From a virus (Duplodnaviria > Caudoviricetes), in the IMG/VR virus record IMGVR_UViG_2615840593_000003, positions 64,001 through 128,000 of that record: a stretch of DNA of 64,000 bases; one strand, 5' to 3'. The translations under genes and the position numbers were made by a program. Positions 9,741 to 18,761 of the stretch are shown here, piece after piece (within the stretch, counting starts at the first letter, position 1; every line of letters begins with the position of its first letter). Under the pieces are notes generated by a model. That model had not been told where the DNA came from, did no database searches, and worked only from the letters and a program-made list of their open reading frames with translations.

Positions 9741-9983
9741 TTAACCTTCTTCTAGACCGTATTCTTTCATTTTCTTTTCTAATTCGTGAATTCTGATTTT
9801 CCTACGCATCTTTTCAATTCTTAATAATTCTTCTCTCGCCTCCATTTCTTCTTTATCTCTTGTTAATCGTTCCATCGTTTTCATTGCCTCAATACGTAGT
9901 CGACTTTCATATTCTGTAGAAGCACTGTGATAATTCCTATATTCATAACGCTTATTATTTTTTGACTTGAATAAACCGAACAT
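9741..9983 (-). CDS. Hypothetical coiled-coil protein
   Basis: 80 aa ORF, AAGGAGGAG RBS. Confidence 0.7.
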   Translation of the reverse strand: MFGLFKSKNNKRYEYRNYHSASTEYESRLRIEAMKTMERLTRDKEEMEAREELLRIEKMRRKIRIHELEKKMKEYGLEEG

Positions 9984-10050
9984 GATTATTCTCCTCCTTT
10001 GATAATATTCAGTTTTTATTTATTTTATTATTTAGAAAAGGAAGGTGGCA

Positions 10051-10296
10051 TTAAGCCACCATATCCTTTCTTAATAGTAGAACGTGTTGATACAGTGATG
10101 TTCCTTCATATCGAATAGGTTTAATGCCATCTGGACGTTCTGATTTCATCTTATTCACTATTCCACTTGCACTTAATGAATTGTATTTTGAAATGTACTC
10201 TCTAATAATTGAATCCTCTAGATGTGACCAATGATCATTTTGTTTTCTCATCCTTACAATTCCACCCTTCTGTTGTTTGGTGATATTGTAGCACAA
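10051..10296 (-). CDS. Hypothetical protein (Myb-like WS..ED..I motif)
   Basis: HWSHLEDSII; start codon uncertain. Confidence 0.5.
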   Translation of the reverse strand: MCYNITKQQKGGIVRMRKQNDHWSHLEDSIIREYISKYNSLSASGIVNKMKSERPDGIKPIRYEGTSLYQHVLLLRKDMVA

Positions 10297-10717
10297 AACC
10301 TACCTATATTAATATTATATCTTGTTTGAAAGTATCGTATTTATATGATTATGTATTTAACAATTATTTGTTTTTTGTACACCTTCGATAATATCTATCT
10401 TTTATTTAACTTTTAATATTATTTCCAATTGATTTTAGCTGTTTAAATACTTCTCATAACACTTTATGCCTCCGATTAACTAAAGCTCTCTATTAATTAG
10501 CAGCGAGTTAATTCATTACTAAAGACGTTTGCAACATTTCCGAAAGTTCGATTACCAGTATCGACCAAGCGAAATGCAAGTAAAGGTTGCATAAATCTTT
10601 GTATATAAAGAATAATATATAAGATACATAATATACAGTATTTACGATTCATAATTTCACCTTTTCAGGTAAAATTCCAATCGTGAAAATTTTTCTCTTT
10701 TATCCTTCTTCTACTAT

Positions 10718-11338
10718 TCATAACTTATGTAAATTAACACTATAATGATTATTAAACTTTTCTAACCCACTATCACCAAATGGATCATATTCTGCTTTGT
10801 GCTTAGTGATAGTAACCAACTTTTCTTTTACTAACAATTTATTGTACTTTGTTACTGAGAAATTACTTATTCCTAAATCAATTTGAATGGTTTCATAAGA
10901 CGGATAACAAAATAACTTTGTCATGTCACTTCTGTTGATGTAGGATTCATAATAATACATTAATCTAAATCCTATTAAACCCACTCTATCAATTGATTTT
11001 AATAGCTCTAAAGGTAATTGAGTAAAGTAGTCACTTTTACAAGGATCTAACATTATAATCTGCAATGGTTTATTAATTGGTAACTTGTCTATTTGATACT
11101 TAATCAAACCTTGGTTATGTAAATTTGAAAAGCACTTCTTGAGAGTCCTATTATCAGTAACTCCTGTTACAAATTTTATATCTTTAAGTAAAACGTTTAT
11201 TTCACTATTATTGAATGCTTTAAATTTCTTAAAAAGTAAAAACGCATAAACAACAAAAGACTTCTCATCAATATTGAATCCTATGTTTCTAACAATTTCA
11301 GTTGGTACTTGCAGCCATATTTTATTATTATCTTTCAT
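10718..11338 (-). CDS. Tandem winged-helix DNA-binding / replication-initiator-like protein
   Basis: Two internal repeats (WLQVPTEIV / FTQLPLELL); CYPSYETIQIDLGIS HTH typical of phage Rep-like proteins. Confidence 0.6.
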   Translation of the reverse strand: MKDNNKIWLQVPTEIVRNIGFNIDEKSFVVYAFLLFKKFKAFNNSEINVLLKDIKFVTGVTDNRTLKKCFSNLHNQGLIKYQIDKLPINKPLQIIMLDPCKSDYFTQLPLELLKSIDRVGLIGFRLMYYYESYINRSDMTKLFCYPSYETIQIDLGISNFSVTKYNKLLVKEKLVTITKHKAEYDPFGDSGLEKFNNHYSVNLHKL

Positions 11339-11400
11339 TTTATTTCAACCTTTATGTATATTGTTTACTAAAATAAGATACCTCCACCTCCATTCTTATT

Positions 11401-11637
11401 TCACCTTGTAACAATAATTTTCCCTTTTTCATCATAATCCCAACTGTAACGGTTTCCACAATCTTCGCAACTCATCAATTGTTCATCTACTCCAAATTTC
11501 TCAAACTTATCGTAAATTTTTTTGGACTTTTCGCCCTTTTTAGTTATTCTATAATGAACTTCTGTGTATTCAAGTTCGACAAATAAAAGTTTTCCACCAC
11601 AAGAGCACACAGGAACTTGATATGCCAAAAATTTCAC
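11401..11637 (-). CDS. Small zinc-ribbon protein
   Basis: CSCGG...CEDCG; paralog of 12191-12439. Confidence 0.7.
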   Translation of the reverse strand: MKFLAYQVPVCSCGGKLLFVELEYTEVHYRITKKGEKSKKIYDKFEKFGVDEQLMSCEDCGNRYSWDYDEKGKIIVTR

Positions 11638-11665
11638 TCCCTAATTATATTTTTGTTTATAATAT

Positions 11666-11872
11666 TCAGTAATCTTTCAGAAATTCAATAAAGGAATCTG
11701 TCCAGTTACTGCCATTTTCAATGCAGTCAATATATTGATCTGCCACTGTATCATTTTCGTAGTACCCATTACTGTCTAGCCAATCTCTGACAATCTTTTC
11801 TTTTTCCCTTGCAATTTGAAAAGACTCTCCTGCTAATTTAATTGCTTCTTGGATTTCTTTTGGTACTCTCAT
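11666..11872 (-). CDS. Hypothetical phage protein
   Basis: 68 aa ORF, AAGGAG RBS. Confidence 0.7.
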   Translation of the reverse strand: MRVPKEIQEAIKLAGESFQIAREKEKIVRDWLDSNGYYENDTVADQYIDCIENGSNWTDSFIEFLKDY

Positions 11873-11900
11873 AATTTATTCTCCTTAACATACATTTTTT

Positions 11901-12092
11901 CTAATATGAATTAAGAACTTCAACCATTTTTTCTTTTATGTACTTTGGAATAGAACTCTGTTTCATTATTTCAAATCTATTGTCATGAATTCTTGTTGTT
12001 CTACCACTATAACTAAAAACTCTAACGCCATTTTTGAATTTGACAATGCTCCACTTACCATCATTAAAAACAATATCTCCCACACACACCAT
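11901..12092 (-). CDS. Hypothetical phage protein
   Basis: 63 aa ORF. Confidence 0.6.
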   Translation of the reverse strand: MVCVGDIVFNDGKWSIVKFKNGVRVFSYSGRTTRIHDNRFEIMKQSSIPKYIKEKMVEVLNSY

Positions 12093-12190
12093 CCTTCATA
12101 TTTTCAAACAATCTATAATGAATCTATTATTTTAACGCTCTACTTCCTTTGTTCTAGCATTACACTCATATTGATCATTAAGGAATTTGA

Positions 12191-12439
12191 TTAATATGTT
12201 TGATGATACCTTTCTTCAACGTCAATTACTCGCCCTTTATCATCTAAATCGTAATCGAATAATTCACCACAGCTACCGTTATCACACTCTAAATAATCTT
12301 TGCTTGTATCAAATACTTGTGGTATATTATCAGATTTGCGTTTAGAAATCGTATTTCGTTTAGTTAAAGGTATTCTATATACAAGCTCAGTTTCTTTATA
12401 AAGAAATAATTCACCTGTTTTACAAATAGGGCATTTCAA
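12191..12439 (-). CDS. Small zinc-ribbon protein
   Basis: CPIC...CDNGSCG; paralog of 11401-11637. Confidence 0.7.
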   Translation of the reverse strand: MKCPICKTGELFLYKETELVYRIPLTKRNTISKRKSDNIPQVFDTSKDYLECDNGSCGELFDYDLDDKGRVIDVEERYHQTY

Positions 12440-12481
12440 ATCAAATCACCTTCCAGTATATTTTTTAATAATAGATGTGTT

Positions 12482-12775
12482 TTACTTAATTGTTATTTCT
12501 TTAGCATAATACCAACCTACTCCCGTATTTCCCCACAATTTACTGATATCATCATATCGTTCTGATAGGTAACTATCATAAACCATAATATAGTTAACTC
12601 CATCTTTGACTATACAAGATATCATTTCGTCGCTTTCTAATTCTTTATTACAATACTCATCAAGATATTTGATTGCATCACTTATAGACGTATAAACTGT
12701 AAAATCTACCACATCATCTTGCTCATAATGATCTTCGATCCAATATTTCACCATTGGGATATAGCCTTTTTTCAC
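12482..12775 (-). CDS. Hypothetical phage protein
   Basis: 97 aa ORF, GGGAGG RBS. Confidence 0.7.
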   Translation of the reverse strand: MKKGYIPMVKYWIEDHYEQDDVVDFTVYTSISDAIKYLDEYCNKELESDEMISCIVKDGVNYIMVYDSYLSERYDDISKLWGNTGVGWYYAKEITIK

Positions 12776-12808
12776 TTTAAAATTCCTCCCTTTTATAATA
12801 GTTCTACA

Positions 12809-13039
12809 TTATTTAATATAGATTTGCTTTGTACGTAATGCTAAATCACCCAATGTTAGTTTCAAATCACGCTCAGTCAAAGTACCATCTTCATTCAAAA
12901 TATTTAAAATAGCTTCAATTGATTCTTCGACTAAAGCTTCACGATAATTATCTTTTGCTTCCTCTAATTTTTCTTGCTTATCCTCTAACTCATATTTTGC
13001 TTTGTTCATCATACTCCACACTTCATCTTTTTTACTCAT
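12809..13039 (-). CDS. Hypothetical coiled-coil protein
   Basis: Start reassigned to ATG after AAGGAG (MSKKDEV...). Confidence 0.7.
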   Translation of the reverse strand: MSKKDEVWSMMNKAKYELEDKQEKLEEAKDNYREALVEESIEAILNILNEDGTLTERDLKLTLGDLALRTKQIYIK

Positions 13040-13070
13040 TTGAATCTCTCCTTTTAATAATAACTTCATT

Positions 13071-13244
13071 TTACTTAGTTGTGAAAGTTACAACAAACTC
13101 AAACTTACAATTGAACTCTTTTTCACATTCTTCACACACCATATTAAAATTACCTTCCATATCATCAGTCTCAATACCATAATTCTGCCAATCCTCATAT
13201 TCATGTTTGCAATGTGGACATATGATTGCTTCATTTGACATCAT
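13071..13244 (-). CDS. Small zinc-ribbon protein (57 aa)
   Basis: Below ORF cutoff; CPHC...CEEC; GAGGTGA RBS; bounded by junction sites. Confidence 0.7.
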   Translation of the reverse strand: MMSNEAIICPHCKHEYEDWQNYGIETDDMEGNFNMVCEECEKEFNCKFEFVVTFTTK

Positions 13245-13289
13245 ACAAAAATCACCTCTCTTTCATTAATAGACTTCTATTATCTAATC

Positions 13290-13901
13290 TTAATCAATTC
13301 CTAATTCATCTTTTTCATATTCTTTTTTACTCTGAATCATTTCAGACATACAGTCTTTATTAACTTTTACTTCCTTATATACAGCTATAGCTTTTTCTTT
13401 AGAATCAAAGAATAAATACTTAAATTTATCAATTTTTAAATCAAGGTAGCTGACTACATATTCACTATCAACCTCTAATTTTGAAATTAAAATTTCAGCT
13501 TCTTTCTCTTCGTCATCTTCATATTCATCATAATCTTCATTATCTGTATTCTCTTCTTCATTAAAACAAGCTAAATATCGCTGTGGAACTAAATGAATTG
13601 AACCTGTTGTATCTTCACATAAAGCCATTCCATTATCGTATTTATAAATAACAATTAGCGTTGCATACCGTTCAAGACCTTCATGTGGCTCTTGAATTAT
13701 TGTTTCTATATCTAAGCATTCTTCCTCAACAGAATGTATACCTAATCTCAATAGCTGATCACGATATTCCATTGAATCATCTAATATTACATCTATATCA
13801 CTAGTAGACATACCTCTATCATCTAATTCATCATAAATCTTATCCTCAATTTTTTTAAATCCATTAATTATATCAAATGTTGCTTTATCCATTAATTGCA
13901 C
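13290..13901 (-). CDS. Hypothetical acidic protein
   Basis: 203 aa ORF. Confidence 0.7.
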   Translation of the reverse strand: MQLMDKATFDIINGFKKIEDKIYDELDDRGMSTSDIDVILDDSMEYRDQLLRLGIHSVEEECLDIETIIQEPHEGLERYATLIVIYKYDNGMALCEDTTGSIHLVPQRYLACFNEEENTDNEDYDEYEDDEEKEAEILISKLEVDSEYVVSYLDLKIDKFKYLFFDSKEKAIAVYKEVKVNKDCMSEMIQSKKEYEKDELGID

Positions 13902-13919
13902 TCCCTGTTATTTGTTACT

Positions 13920-14336
13920 TCAAAGTTTTTTATCAATAAATTTGATTAACTCATCTTTCATTAGTTCCTTAATGAAAACATGCATTGGCTTATTTGCTTT
14001 TAATTGATTACATCTTCTACAAGCACATACGACCATTTCCTCTGTGGTGAATATTTTATACTCAGATTGAGGAACAATATGATCTATTGTATTTCCAAAC
14101 TTTCCGCAATATTGACAGATATTTTTATCTCTTTTTAGCACTCTTTCTTTTAAAGGCGGTAGTTGAACTGTTAATTTTATAGTGTCAGGTGCAACAATTA
14201 TTGCGTATCCTTTTTTAACTTCATATAATGCTTTTTCAAAAAATGTTCTACCATGCTTACCTTCTTTATGCCAATCAGCTATTACTTTTATAAACGGTGC
14301 TGAATTATCTAATTCCATATCTAAAACCTCTTTCAT
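13920..14336 (-). CDS. HNH endonuclease
   Basis: RDKNICQYCG...TIDHIVP...CACRRCNQLK. Confidence 0.88.
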   Translation of the reverse strand: MKEVLDMELDNSAPFIKVIADWHKEGKHGRTFFEKALYEVKKGYAIIVAPDTIKLTVQLPPLKERVLKRDKNICQYCGKFGNTIDHIVPQSEYKIFTTEEMVVCACRRCNQLKANKPMHVFIKELMKDELIKFIDKKL

Positions 14337-14366
14337 TAAAGTAAACTATTATATAAAATGCTGATA

Positions 14367-14600
14367 TTACTTAAAATTGGAATTAAGCTTTATTTCTATA
14401 TTTTCAAATGGTATACCTCTTCTTGTACCCTCTTTAACCACTGCACTATCAATAAACATTTCCTTACCATCTTTATAAATTATTTTTACACCATTGTTAT
14501 GATTAATAAAACTTCCTATATCTTCCATATTAACAGTTATTACTTCACAATCATCAGTTTCATATGAAGTTCCATCATTTTTATAAATTTTCATAAGCAT
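14367..14600 (-). CDS. Hypothetical phage protein
   Basis: 77 aa ORF bounded by junction sites. Confidence 0.6.
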   Translation of the reverse strand: MLMKIYKNDGTSYETDDCEVITVNMEDIGSFINHNNGVKIIYKDGKEMFIDSAVVKEGTRRGIPFENIEIKLNSNFK

Positions 14601-14633
14601 TCTTCTTTTCGTAATATTATACTTTTATAGAAA

Positions 14634-14843
14634 TTAAATTTTACTGGCTAAATTATATGTAAGAGATTTAATTTCATCCAGTTTTTTACGTTCACACTTA
14701 ATAGAATCAATCAAATGAAATAAGTCAGACTCCAGTTCTTTATTATCACTAGCATGTTTCATCAATATAGACATAACTTCTTGTTCTAGTTTTGTAAAAT
14801 CTACTTTTTCAATATTTTCACTTACCATATTTAGCTCCTCCAA
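14634..14843 (-). CDS. Hypothetical phage protein
   Basis: 69 aa ORF. Confidence 0.6.
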   Translation of the reverse strand: MEELNMVSENIEKVDFTKLEQEVMSILMKHASDNKELESDLFHLIDSIKCERKKLDEIKSLTYNLASKI

Positions 14844-15012
14844 TTTTACCTAAATTAAATTTTACTTTATGTACAAATGGTATACAACTTCCAACTACAA
14901 ATTACAGTGAGTATTTATAGTTAGTTGAAGCCACCATTTTTCTTAAAACAAGATTACCACAATTCATGTACAATCGTCAATATATTTTGTGTATTTTATT
15001 ATTTAATTTCTT

Positions 15013-16071
15013 TTACGCTTCTATTTTCACCTTTTGATTATAGAACTCATCTAAATGTTTTTTGATCGATTCTAAGCGTCCTAATACATTTACCTTCTTT
15101 ATTCCCCACGATCCGGCAAACTCTTTGTAATTAGTAGGTATCTCATCTGATTCTCCTTGTATTGTACTGGAGAATAATGTTAACCAGTCAATAAGATACT
15201 GTTTATCATAAGCACTATCTTCAAAATGCTTCATAACATGTATTAACGTTGGTAGATTGATTTTTCTCAATAGGAACTTATCTGTTTCCTCTCCATAAGC
15301 ATCCTGTAAAAGTGTCATTGCTTTTTCTACAGTTTCAAAAATCCCTTCATTCATTCCTTCATGTAGCTTCTCAGAGTACTTTGTTAATTCATCGCTAGCG
15401 AATGATTTTAATTCATAGTCTTCATCAAATAACATAAGAGTCTGTAACAAAACTGCTTGATCTTCACCTTTTCGTAATTGTGTTGGAGTAAAGTGTGCGT
15501 TCTTGATCATAAATGGATGCTCAGATAGTCTATTTAATCTAATAGAAGCACTTATACCCATAACAGCTTTATTCTTCTGATGCACACTTAGGTAAACCCC
15601 ATTATTCAAACGATAGAATAATTCTACTTTTTCTTCCTCAGTAATGTCGCTTAAATAATACATATTTAATGTTTTAGTTTGAAATTCTAGCCTCACTGGT
15701 TCTGGTAATTCTTCAAATTTAGTTTTACTAATGTTGTAATACGTATCATCTATATTTACTGGTGGAGTATCTGGATGTAAAGCATAATCCCCTTTATAAT
15801 ACGACACCAAGTTCGTTATTCTTTGCTTACCATCAATTACTTCATAAGTGTTCGCTGTTTTATTATCTTTTGTTTCTACTTCCGCAGATGTAACTACTGG
15901 AGGAATAAAGTAATCGACTATTAATGATTGCACTAGTAATGATTTCTGCTTTAAACTCCATTGTTCATCTGCTCTTTGAATTGGAAAATCAAAATTCAAT
16001 CTTTCATCCGTGATTAGTTTATCAAATTTACTAACTGACATAGGCATACTTGCTTTTATCATTTTCTTCAC
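15013..16071 (-). CDS. DUF262 / ParB-Srx-fold (GmrS-like) domain protein
   Basis: IQR..QWS.KQKSLLVQSL....IPP, EVIDGKQRIT, ELFYRLNNG motifs. Confidence 0.85.
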   Translation of the reverse strand: MKKMIKASMPMSVSKFDKLITDERLNFDFPIQRADEQWSLKQKSLLVQSLIVDYFIPPVVTSAEVETKDNKTANTYEVIDGKQRITNLVSYYKGDYALHPDTPPVNIDDTYYNISKTKFEELPEPVRLEFQTKTLNMYYLSDITEEEKVELFYRLNNGVYLSVHQKNKAVMGISASIRLNRLSEHPFMIKNAHFTPTQLRKGEDQAVLLQTLMLFDEDYELKSFASDELTKYSEKLHEGMNEGIFETVEKAMTLLQDAYGEETDKFLLRKINLPTLIHVMKHFEDSAYDKQYLIDWLTLFSSTIQGESDEIPTNYKEFAGSWGIKKVNVLGRLESIKKHLDEFYNQKVKIEA

Positions 16072-16121
16072 TCCTTAAATTCTGTTGGATTTAAATTTCA
16101 AACCACACAATTAATAAATCA

Positions 16122-16329
16122 ACATTCTATATACCTCTATTTTCGCATTAGGAAATTCTACAGATTTCAATTTTTAAAATGTAAAATTCTACGATTTTGA
16201 TTTTTTAATTCTATAGTTTTGATTTTTCGCATTACAAAATTCTACCCATTTCATTTTTTGATTTCAGAAATTCTATAGGTTTCATTTTTCACATTTATAA
16301 ATTCTATATTTTCTGATTTTTCATTCATA
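16122..16329. repeat. Seven imperfect direct repeats, 31-bp period (core AATTCTA..T-tracts)
   Basis: Units start 16122, 16153, 16184, 16206, 16237, 16268, 16299 (spacing 31,31,22,31,31,31). Confidence 0.85.
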
Positions 16330-16580
16330 GAATTATAGTTTCTTCATAGTTTTATATGCCGAAAACATATTCGATATTACCTCATTTAAATACTTCGAAT
16401 TAAATAATATTGAGATATTACATAAACATATACAGTTAAACAACTTTTAACATATCTAGCGTAATCATAGAGAGTGTTTTCTGTTATTTACAGCACCAAT
16501 TACCACCTACCGAAAAACGTTATGTATATATTTATTTAACGATTAAAAAATAAGCCTTCTTACATATTATTATGTTACTT

Positions 16581-16910
16581 TTATTGATTAGCTAACAATT
16601 TCATATAGCCTTTTTGCAATTCTTTCATTTGATCTTTGTAGTAATCAGTTTCATCTTGAGTGAAGCTTGGTGCAAACAACGTAGGCATCTCCAGTTCTTC
16701 TTCAGAGTTATTTACTGAAATTTCATATCGAGCAAGATCATACTTATCAACTAATTCAAATCCATACTCTTCATTTATATTGTTAATGCATTCATCTCTT
16801 AATTCCTCATTCATATGTAACAACGTGTTATAAACCTCATATTTATTGTAGCTTATTTGTTGATTGTACCCCACTGAATTATTCGCAACTAATTTTAATT
16901 GATTCATCAT
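16581..16910 (-). CDS. Hypothetical phage protein
   Basis: 109 aa ORF, AAGGGG RBS. Confidence 0.7.
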   Translation of the reverse strand: MMNQLKLVANNSVGYNQQISYNKYEVYNTLLHMNEELRDECINNINEEYGFELVDKYDLARYEISVNNSEEELEMPTLFAPSFTQDETDYYKDQMKELQKGYMKLLANQ

Positions 16911-17184
16911 TTTCTATTTCCCCTTTTAATGTATTTTATTTATTTTGTTATTTTATGTTTTTTATCTTTAGTATATCACATCAACTTAACTTGTATAACT
17001 GTAGAATTGGATTATTTTTCATATTCTGAATTAAATGTCTAATTAATTAATGGATAATATGTAAGTTTTATTTATTTTATTAATTTAAATTTTAATTGTT
17101 AATCTCAACATTAATAACTCCAATCAATTCAGATCCAGAAAACCTTTATAAATCAACGTTTTTCATGTTTTCTAAGAATTTACC

Positions 17185-17239
17185 TTACAAGTAAGCTATA
17201 AGTAAATTATATATATCTTATAAGTAAGATACAAGTGTT
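17185..17239. repeat. Four 11-bp iteron-like repeats (TAYAAGT core)
   Basis: ttacaagtaag 17185, ctataagtaaa 17196, ttataagtaag 17218, atacaagtgtt 17229. Confidence 0.55.
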
Positions 17240-17880
17240 TTTTAAAAATAATCTAGAAATAATTTTTAACTTTATATTCATTTTCTGATCATGATCAGTA
17301 TTAGATTGTGTTTCTTCCTATTAATATGTACAAATTAAATTTTCATTAGTAATGATCCTAGCCACCATTAATAAAGGAATAAGACAACGATAAGTAAATT
17401 CTTAGCAATTTATATTTGGACACTTATTGATTAATAGTTAAGTTGAATGATCTTGTTTGTATGAACCCCCTACTCCAAACAAATTTAATGAGACTATTTA
17501 TTTGATCAACCATTTACCACCTATAACAGTGCTTTCGGTAACTGTACAGAATGGAAAAGTGTCAGCTCGATTTTTAGCTTGCTGTTACTTAATGTGAATT
17601 TTCCATTTTAAATTTCTCAAAAAAGTCGTGGCGATATTTTCGTTTTGCTGTTACTAATAAGCAGTTTTTAATTTTAATTTCGATGGACAATGGATCTACC
17701 AAAAACGATTCCAGTAGACATAGACAGTAATCATTTAAAAATCAAACATTCGTTCTCATTTATCTAGATCTTAGTTTCACTTTTAATCATTTAATAGGAA
17801 GAAATTCGATATTTATATGTTATACTTCTAATAAACCCAGTAGTATCAACGTTTTAAAGGATATATCAAAAATTAAATAA

Positions 17881-17928
17881 TAAAATACATAAAATTTGTT
17901 GACGGATATAATCTAGACATGGTAATAT
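17881..17928 (+). promoter_or_regulatory. sigmaA-type promoter with upstream AAAATACATAA motif
   Basis: TAAAATACATAA...TTGACG-18 nt-(TG)TAATAT. Confidence 0.7.
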
Positions 17929-18036
17929 AAGGACAGTTAAGAAAACGAAATAACTTGATCTCAAGAAACGTTAAAAATAAGGCTTGTAATTAAGTTTAAG
18001 TAGTTATAAAATTTAATTAATAAAATACATAAACAA

Positions 18037-18141
18037 TAAGTGCTTTATAAAGTCACCTAGTTGCCATGACCTCTAAAGAGTGAGCGTACAATGAAACAAA
18101 GTAGCGATGATATGAGCATAGGTTATTTTATAAAGTACTTA
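18037..18141 (+). ncRNA. Structured leader RNA (long closing stem with branched interior)
   Basis: UAAGUGCUUUAUAAAGUCACCUA pairs with UAGGUUAUUUUAUAAAGUACUUA including G.U pairs; ends just before RBS of 18162. Confidence 0.55.
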
Positions 18142-18161
18142 CTTCTATAGGAGGAATTAAA

Positions 18162-18752
18162 ATGACAACTGTAACTGTTGAGCAAATTCAAAACTCTATT
18201 CAAAAAGGTATCACATTTGTACCAGAAGTTGATTTACGTAAAGATCTTATTGTTGGTTATAACTACACATTGGAACAAACTTTATCGATGTCAGATGATG
18301 AAGTTTATGCATTCTTTGACAAATTAGAATATGGTGAAGAGGAGAAAGAAATGTATCCTATATCTTGTAAATGCGGACATTATGAAATGGAATGCACAGG
18401 ATACGATAACAGCGCAATGATTCCAGATCACTATATGTTTGAATGTCCTAAGTGTAAAGAAGTAACTCATATCCATGAATGCGCAATGGATAACATCTAT
18501 GAAGAAATGGATTTCAAAAACAAATTGAATCCTGAAATGAAAAAGATTTATGCTATTGAAGGTACATGGAGTCACCTTAAAACTATAAAGAAAGATGACA
18601 TGGATTTAGAATCATATACTAATGGTTGGACACACATTCAAACTTTTGAAGTTGAAGAGAAGCATAGCTTCTATAAGAATGGTAATGTATACATGACTAT
18701 TGAATATAACTATATACATAAAAAATATAGTGTATATATTAAAACAGTTTAA
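18162..18752 (+). CDS. Hypothetical zinc-finger protein
   Basis: CKCGH...CPKC; AGGAGG RBS. Confidence 0.75.
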   Translation: MTTVTVEQIQNSIQKGITFVPEVDLRKDLIVGYNYTLEQTLSMSDDEVYAFFDKLEYGEEEKEMYPISCKCGHYEMECTGYDNSAMIPDHYMFECPKCKEVTHIHECAMDNIYEEMDFKNKLNPEMKKIYAIEGTWSHLKTIKKDDMDLESYTNGWTHIQTFEVEEKHSFYKNGNVYMTIEYNYIHKKYSVYIKTV

Positions 18753-18761
18753 TAATATATA

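Larger units (their letters stand above)
508..14628. repeat. Dispersed palindromic junction sites RTAAWA-N6-TWTTAY (about 22 copies)
   Basis: 18-bp sites starting at 508, 1033, 1855, 2368, 2741, 2921, 3371, 4478, 6253, 6516, 6876, 7468, 7943, 9487, 9723, 10002, 12468, 12795, 13057, 13266, 14353, 14611; nearly all between a stop codon and the next RBS. Confidence 0.85.

Noticed and set aside
16122-16329. Possible CRISPR mini-array (AAATTCTAC resembles the Cas12a repeat start)
   Set aside because: No hairpin-forming repeat, no unique spacers (whole units are degenerate copies) and no cas genes
18037-18141. Hammerhead, twister-sister or hatchet ribozyme
   Set aside because: Core consensus nucleotides not found in the required order on either strand
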